Translations under genes and position numbers: made by a program
From: an uncultured beta proteobacterium
GTDB taxonomy: Bacteria; Pseudomonadota; Gammaproteobacteria; Burkholderiales; SG8-39
DNA length: 64,000 bases
Reading direction: 5' to 3'
Assembly: GCA_903899705.1 (NCBI GenBank)
Contig: CAIUKQ010000192.1
Span: 103 to 64,102 of the forward strand
The notes under the pieces: generated by a model
What the model saw: only the letters and a program-made list of their open reading frames with translations
Told to the model about the DNA's origin: nothing
Database searches by the model: none
In this document: positions 58,532-64,000 of the stretch, piece by piece
Numbering within the stretch: the first letter of the stretch is position 1
Layout of the letters: every line of letters begins with the position of its first letter

Positions 58532-59511
58532 GAGTCCGGTCGAGGGCCATAGCCGCAGCCGTGTTCTGCCTTTCCCTTGTCGTTTTGCAGGAATCCGCCA
58601 TCGCCGATACGCAGGCTGATGCCGTGTCCCTTCTCAACCGCGTATATGCGGCAACCCAGCGGTTTTCCTATACGGGAACCTTCATCTACCAGCATGACAA
58701 CCAGGCGGAGACGTCTCGCATCACAAGGATCGTCGACGGACCGGTGATACGCGAGAAGCTCGAGACCCTGGATGGCCAGCCCCGCGAAATTGTGCGCAGC
58801 GGGGATGAGGTCGTCTGCTACCTCCCCGCACAGTCCACGGTCAGAATGGACAAATATTCCGCGCAGCAGGGCTTTCCCGCCGTGCTGCCCGCCCAGGTAA
58901 AGGAGTTGCTGGAGAATTACGAGATCCGGCGCGCCGGGATGGAGCGTGTCGCGGGATTTGACTGCAATGTTCTCCTGCTCGAAGCAAAGGACAACATGCG
59001 CTATGGGCACAAGTTGTGGTTGGATTCCCAGACGGGCATGCTCGTCAAGGCGAAAACCTTCGTTGGTCGCAATGAAGTCATGGAGCAATTCGCATTCAGC
59101 CAGTTGCAGATTGGCGGGAATATCGATCGTGAACTTGTTCGCTCCCGCTTCGCGGGCAAGACCGGTTCCTGGCGGGTGGAGGATGCGGCGACTGCCAGCG
59201 CCGATCTCGCGCAGGCCGGGTGGATTCTGCGAGCGAGGCCGCCCGGTTTTCGGAAGATCATGGAAATGACCCGTACCCTGGGTGGCAGCGTCGGCGTCGG
59301 CCATATGGTCCTGTCCGACGGATTGGCCGTGATCTCGGTGTTCATGGAACATACCTCGCAGCGTCCGGCCATTCCGGAATTGACCCGGCAGGGCGCGATC
59401 AATGTGTTTGTCAGGCAACTTGGCAGCCACCGGATTACAGTTGTCGGCGAGGCGCCGGTAGAGAGTGTCCGTTATGTCGCCCAGGCGGTGGAATATCGAA
59501 TTCCGCGATGA
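58528..59511 (+). CDS. rseB: Sigma-E regulatory protein RseB/MucB
   Basis: Signal peptide followed by LLNRVYAATQRFSYTGTFIYQHDNQAETSRI. The ATGA overlaps the rseA stop. ORF 58132..59511 was trimmed. Confidence 0.9.
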   Translation: MRVRSRAIAAAVFCLSLVVLQESAIADTQADAVSLLNRVYAATQRFSYTGTFIYQHDNQAETSRITRIVDGPVIREKLETLDGQPREIVRSGDEVVCYLPAQSTVRMDKYSAQQGFPAVLPAQVKELLENYEIRRAGMERVAGFDCNVLLLEAKDNMRYGHKLWLDSQTGMLVKAKTFVGRNEVMEQFAFSQLQIGGNIDRELVRSRFAGKTGSWRVEDAATASADLAQAGWILRARPPGFRKIMEMTRTLGGSVGVGHMVLSDGLAVISVFMEHTSQRPAIPELTRQGAINVFVRQLGSHRITVVGEAPVESVRYVAQAVEYRIPR

Positions 59512-59582
59512 CCCAGGCGGGCCTTCTTGTCTCCACGCAGGGGAGGCGACCGGGGAATGAATTGAATCAACGAAAGGGGAAA

Positions 59583-61028
59583 ATGTTTAATATATTCAAT
59601 ATCTTGCTTATTGCCGTGATGGTGATGGCACCGGGTCTTGCGTCGGCCCAGGTCCGGGATCTTCCCGATTTCACGGTCCTGGTTGAAAGGCAGGGGGCGT
59701 CGGTGGTGAATATCAGCACGACGAGCGAGCGCCGGGAAACCGCCGGCACCCCGCAGATTCCCGGCCTGAACGAGAACGATCCTCTTAATGATTTTTTCCG
59801 TCGCTTCGTGCCGCGCCAGCCGGAGCCGGGGCAAGGTCAGGGGCAGGGGCCACGGCAGTTCGAAAGCCGCTCCCTGGGTTCCGGTTTTTTCATCAGCGGC
59901 GATGGGTACATCTTGACCAACGCGCACGTCGTCAACAATGCAGATGAAATCAACGTGAAGCTCAATGACAAGCGTGAATTCAAGGCCAGGGTCATTGGTG
60001 TCGATGCGCGCACCGATGTCGCGTTGCTGAAAATCGACGCCACCGGTCTTTCAGCCGTTAAATTCGGCGATGCCAACAAATTGAAAGTCGGCGAGTGGGT
60101 CCTGGCGATTGGGTCACCATTTGGCTTCGACAACACGGTTACCGCCGGTATCGTCTCCGCCAAGGGGCGCAACCTTCCCCAGGAGAATTTCGTACCCTTC
60201 ATCCAGACCGATGTTGCGATCAATCCCGGAAATTCAGGCGGACCGCTGTTCAACATGCGCGGGGAAGTCATTGGCATCAATTCCCAGATTTACAGCCGCA
60301 CCGGAACATTCATGGGCCTGTCCTTTGCCATTCCGATCGATGTGGCCATGGACATTCAGAGCCAGCTGAGGACTGCGGGTCGGGTGCAGCGCGGGCGCAT
60401 CGGCGTGGTTATTCAGGAGGTTTCGCGGGAATTGGCGGAATCCTTCGGGTTGTCCAAGCCTTCCGGCGCGCTCGTCAACGGCATTGAAAAGGGCGGCCCC
60501 GCGGAAAAGGCCGGAATCGAATCGGGGGACATCATTACCAAATTCAATGGCAAGCCCGTGGAGAATTCCAGCGATCTTCCAAGAATCGTGGGCGGAACGC
60601 GTCCCGGCGTCAACGCACCCATGGAAGTCTTCAGGAAGGGCGCCACGAAGGAGGTTACCGTTGTTGTCGGCGAGTTGCCCGAGGACCGGGTTGCGAGCAG
60701 GGTTCCGTCCCGGGGACGTCCCCCAGAGCAGACCGCCAATCGGCTTGGGCTCGTTGTCAGTGATCTGACCGCCGAACAGCGCCGGGACATAAAAGTCAAT
60801 GGGGGCGTGCTCGTTGACGAAGTCCGCCAGACGGCCCGGGGCGACGTCAGGAACGGTGATGTCATCACCGCGGTCACAACGCGCGGCCAAACCACGGATA
60901 TCAGTTCCGCCGATCAACTGAACAAGCTTCTGGCCCAGATAGACCGCAATTCAATCCTGACACTGCATGTGCGCAGGGGGGAGAGCAATCTTTTTGTGAC
61001 CATACGCGGTGAGACCCCCCGAGGGTGA
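59583..61028 (+). CDS. degP: Periplasmic serine endoprotease DegP/MucD (HtrA family)
   Basis: Signal peptide, the catalytic triad context (TNAHVV, DVALLKI, GNSGGPLFN) and two PDZ domains. ORF 59220..61028 was trimmed to the ATG at 59583. Confidence 0.9.
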   Translation: MFNIFNILLIAVMVMAPGLASAQVRDLPDFTVLVERQGASVVNISTTSERRETAGTPQIPGLNENDPLNDFFRRFVPRQPEPGQGQGQGPRQFESRSLGSGFFISGDGYILTNAHVVNNADEINVKLNDKREFKARVIGVDARTDVALLKIDATGLSAVKFGDANKLKVGEWVLAIGSPFGFDNTVTAGIVSAKGRNLPQENFVPFIQTDVAINPGNSGGPLFNMRGEVIGINSQIYSRTGTFMGLSFAIPIDVAMDIQSQLRTAGRVQRGRIGVVIQEVSRELAESFGLSKPSGALVNGIEKGGPAEKAGIESGDIITKFNGKPVENSSDLPRIVGGTRPGVNAPMEVFRKGATKEVTVVVGELPEDRVASRVPSRGRPPEQTANRLGLVVSDLTAEQRRDIKVNGGVLVDEVRQTARGDVRNGDVITAVTTRGQTTDISSADQLNKLLAQIDRNSILTLHVRRGESNLFVTIRGETPRG

Positions 61029-61354
61029 GCGGAACGGAGCGGGCGAAGCTGGAGTCTTCCGCGGATATTTTCGGTGAGGTGACGGGCGGCGCAGCCGGGC
61101 CGCTCGTTCTCGTCTTGTACAGCCGCGAGTATTGCCATCTGTGTCACGACATGCACGCACAGGTCGAAGCCCTGCAGAGGGATCACGCGTTCGAGTTACG
61201 AATCGTTGACGTTGACACCGACCCCGCCCTGGAAGAGCGCTTTGGCGAACTTGTGCCTGTCCTGATGCATGGCGCGCTCGAGCTGGCACGATACCGGCTG
61301 GATGCGTCGTCGCTTGATGTCTATTTGCGTGCCAGAGGTGCTGCCGGAGGTTGA
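61025..61354 (+). CDS. Glutaredoxin-like protein (DUF836/thioredoxin fold)
   Basis: LVLYSREYCHLCHDM (CxxC) and ...ERFGELVPVL. The GTGA overlaps the degP stop. There is an alternative GTG at 61079. Confidence 0.65.
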   Translation: MSGTERAKLESSADIFGEVTGGAAGPLVLVLYSREYCHLCHDMHAQVEALQRDHAFELRIVDVDTDPALEERFGELVPVLMHGALELARYRLDASSLDVYLRARGAAGG

Positions 61355-61430
61355 CACTGGCCCAAAGCGCTATCAGGGGGACGGTCACAGGTGGAAAACC
61401 GTTAAAATTCAACTTCCAACCGATGCAAAG

Positions 61431-61455
61431 GGTGCCCGCGAGGCACCTTTTTTTT
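61431..61455 (+). terminator. Intrinsic-terminator-like hairpin abutting the lepA start codon
   Basis: GGTGCC-cgcga-GGCACC followed by T8 (61448-61455). The lepA ATG is at 61457. Confidence 0.6.
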
Positions 61456-61456
61456 G

Positions 61457-63250
61457 ATGCAAAATATACGTAATTTCTCGATCATCGCCCACATCGATCA
61501 CGGTAAATCGACGCTTGCCGACCGCTTTATCCAGCGTTGCGGCGGCCTTGCCGATCGTGAAATGGCGAGCCAGGTACTGGACTCGATGGATATCGAGCGG
61601 GAGCGTGGCATCACCATCAAGGCGCAGACTGCCGCACTGAAATATCTGGCCAAAGATGGAAAGACCTACCAACTCAACCTCATTGATACACCCGGGCATG
61701 TGGATTTTTCCTACGAGGTGAGCCGCTCCCTGTCGGCCTGCGAAGGGGCCTTGCTGGTGGTTGATGCCACGCAGGGTGTCGAAGCGCAGACGGTTGCGAA
61801 TTGCTACACCGCGATTGAACAGGGCGTCGAGGTTATTCCCGTTCTCAACAAGATTGACCTGCCGTCGGCGGACTGTGATGCAGCGATCGAGCAGATTGAA
61901 GATGTCATCGGAATCCCGGCGCAGGATGCGATAAGGGCGAGCGCCAAGACCGGCGTGGGAATCGATGACATTCTGGAGGCGGTCGTATCAAGGATCCCGG
62001 CGCCGCGGGGAAATCCTGACGCACCCCTGAAGGCACTGGTCATCGATTCGTGGTTTGACAACTACGTCGGTGTCGTGATGCTGGTACGCGTTGTGGATGG
62101 TGTCCTGCGTACCAAGGAAAAACTGCTGTTCATGGCCACGGGGTCGGTGCATCTGTGCGAACAGGTGGGCGTGTTCACCCCGAAATCCCAGTCGCGCACC
62201 GAATTGAGCGCGGGCGAAGTGGGATTTGTGATTTCGGGCGTGAAGGATCTTCACGACGCCAAGGTCGGGGACACCATCACCACCTCAGACAAACCCTCCA
62301 CGGAGGCCCTGCCGGGATTCAAGGAAATCAAGCCGCAGGTGTTCGCGGGGCTGTATCCGATCGAGACGAACCAGTATGAAGGCCTGCGCGAGGCGCTGAC
62401 CAAGCTGAAACTGAATGACGCGTCGCTGCACTTCGAGCCGGAAGTGTCGCAGGCATTGGGGTTCGGGTTTCGCTGCGGATTTCTCGGCCTCCTGCATATG
62501 GACATCGTTCAGGAGCGCCTCGAGCGCGAGTATTCGATGGACCTGATCACCACCGCGCCGACGGTTGTCTACGAAGTGCTGATGCGCGATGGCACCATTC
62601 TCATGGTGGAGAATCCGGCAAAAATGCCCGACCCCTCGAAAATCGAGGAGATTCGCGAACCCATCATCACCGCAACGATCTTCGTGCCGCAGGAATACCT
62701 GGGCACGATCATCACCCTGTGCACGCAGAAGCGCGGCGTGCAGAAGAACCTGCAATATGTCGGGCGGCAGGTCATGCTCACCTATGAAATGCCCCTGAGC
62801 GAAGTCGTGATGGACTTTTTTGACAGGCTCAAGTCGGCCAGTCGCGGTTATGCGTCACTCGACTACGAATTCAAGGAATACCGCGCCGCGGATGTCGTCA
62901 AGCTCGATGTGCTGATCAATGGCGACCGGGTCGATGCCCTCTCCCTGATGATTCACCGTGACAACGCCATATACCGCGGCCGCGAACTCGCGGCAAAGAT
63001 GCGCGAATTGATACCCCGGCAAATGTACGATGTCGCGGTTCAGGCGGCGATCGGAGCCCATATCCTGGCGCGTGAGTCCATCAAGGCGCTGCGCAAGAAC
63101 GTCCTTGCAAAATGCTACGGCGGGGACATCAGCAGAAAACGAAAACTCCTGGAGAAGCAGAAGGCCGGCAAGAAGCGCATGAAGCAGGTCGGTACGGTCG
63201 AAATCCCGCAGGAAGCGTTTCTGGCGATTCTGCAGGTCGGGAGCAAGTAA
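61457..63250 (+). CDS. lepA: Elongation factor 4 (LepA)
   Basis: Starts [23 protein letters not shown], with DTPGHVDF and NKID. The ORF track begins at the TTG at 61454. Confidence 0.95.
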   Translation: MQNIRNFSIIAHIDHGKSTLADRFIQRCGGLADREMASQVLDSMDIERERGITIKAQTAALKYLAKDGKTYQLNLIDTPGHVDFSYEVSRSLSACEGALLVVDATQGVEAQTVANCYTAIEQGVEVIPVLNKIDLPSADCDAAIEQIEDVIGIPAQDAIRASAKTGVGIDDILEAVVSRIPAPRGNPDAPLKALVIDSWFDNYVGVVMLVRVVDGVLRTKEKLLFMATGSVHLCEQVGVFTPKSQSRTELSAGEVGFVISGVKDLHDAKVGDTITTSDKPSTEALPGFKEIKPQVFAGLYPIETNQYEGLREALTKLKLNDASLHFEPEVSQALGFGFRCGFLGLLHMDIVQERLEREYSMDLITTAPTVVYEVLMRDGTILMVENPAKMPDPSKIEEIREPIITATIFVPQEYLGTIITLCTQKRGVQKNLQYVGRQVMLTYEMPLSEVVMDFFDRLKSASRGYASLDYEFKEYRAADVVKLDVLINGDRVDALSLMIHRDNAIYRGRELAAKMRELIPRQMYDVAVQAAIGAHILARESIKALRKNVLAKCYGGDISRKRKLLEKQKAGKKRMKQVGTVEIPQEAFLAILQVGSK

Positions 63251-63290
63251 TGAGCGGCGATTCGACAGGGCCATTGCAACGGGAATTTAA

Positions 63291-64000
63291 ATGAATTTTG
63301 CACTGATACTCTTCTGCCTGACGGTATTCACCGGACTGGTCGCCCTGGCTGACTGGCTCTGGTTCCGCAAACACCGTGCCGCCGGTGCTGCGGAACCCTG
63401 GTGGATCGAATATCCCAAGAGTTTTTTTCCGGTCATCCTCCTCGTGTTTGTGCTTCGCTCGTTTCTGGTTGAGCCGTTCAAGATTCCTTCGGGTTCGATG
63501 ATCCCGACACTGGCGATCGGCGATTTCATCCTGGTCAACAAATTCGATTACGGGATCCGGTTGCCGGTCATCAACAAGAAGATCATCAATGTGGGAGATC
63601 CCAAGCGGGGGGACGTCATGGTCTTCCGGTACCCCGACGATCCTTCCCTGGATTACATCAAGCGCGTTGTCGGGCTGCCTGGCGACCAGATCAGCTACCA
63701 GAACAAGCGCCTGAGCATCAACGGGGTCGAAGTGCCCGAGGAGGCCTTGCCTGATTTCCTGCACCGTGAACGAATTCACTATTCGCGGCAATTCAGGGAA
63801 AAGCTCGGTTCGGTGGAGCATATGATACTGAACGACGATGACGGCCCGGATTCGATTCCGCCCATGGTGCAGTACCCGTTTCGCGAGAATTGTCTCTACA
63901 ATAGCCGGGGCGTGGTGTGTACAGTGCCGGCCAGGCATTACTTCATGATGGGCGACAACCGGGACAGTTCGGCGGACAGCAGGGTCTGGGGATTTGTCCC
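63291..64000 (+). CDS. lepB: Signal peptidase I, 3'-truncated by the window edge
   Basis: Starts MNFALILFCLTVFTGLVA..., with IPSGSMIPTL (catalytic Ser), YIKRVVGLPGD (catalytic Lys) and GDNRDSSADSR. The frame stays open to position 64000. Confidence 0.9.
   Translation, partial: MNFALILFCLTVFTGLVALADWLWFRKHRAAGAAEPWWIEYPKSFFPVILLVFVLRSFLVEPFKIPSGSMIPTLAIGDFILVNKFDYGIRLPVINKKIINVGDPKRGDVMVFRYPDDPSLDYIKRVVGLPGDQISYQNKRLSINGVEVPEEALPDFLHRERIHYSRQFREKLGSVEHMILNDDDGPDSIPPMVQYPFRENCLYNSRGVVCTVPARHYFMMGDNRDSSADSRVWGFV

Overview
GC-rich chromosomal window with the gene content and synteny of a betaproteobacterium. No rRNA genes, CRISPR arrays, transposases or integrases were recognised. It splits into four parts.

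(1) 1-5.5 kb: a translationally coupled catabolic operon (TauD-like dioxygenases, a 2-hydroxyacid dehydrogenase, an enolase-superfamily enzyme, two Bug/TctC binding proteins).

(2) 5.7-16.9 kb: a 937-aa tail-anchored Ala/Glu/Arg coiled-coil protein, followed by a PHA cluster: phaC, phaA, two tandem phaB paralogs, phaR, then rimO and a second thiolase.

(3) 16.9-39 kb: accessory-looking metabolism.
- MarC and a ThDP enzyme facing three tandem cupin paralogs.
- A KDAP-repeat lipoprotein, an FAD oxidoreductase and cysK.
- An RND efflux pair with no outer-membrane factor, start/stop-coupled to a GMC oxidoreductase.
- A Bug-centred cluster (creatininase-like, amidohydrolase-2, 2OG oxygenase, FAH, cupin) ending at the 3' end of a tRNA-Asn.

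(4) 39-64 kb: conserved housekeeping genes. These are an aminotransferase, uvrB, rne divergent from rluC, HAD, Rieske, sppA, yceF/yceD-rpmF-plsX-fabHDG-acpP-fabF, rpoE-rseA-rseB-degP, lepA and lepB.

The least explained element is the giant coiled-coil gene upstream of phaC. Other points worth a second look:
- an in-frame TAG in the first gene;
- a near-consensus phaC promoter with a palindromic operator;
- the ThDP/triple-cupin module;
- the RND-GMC coupling;
- a YgfX/CptA-like orphan between fabF and rpoE;
- a terminator-like hairpin abutting the lepA start codon.

All functional calls come from reading motifs in the translations. No database search was run.
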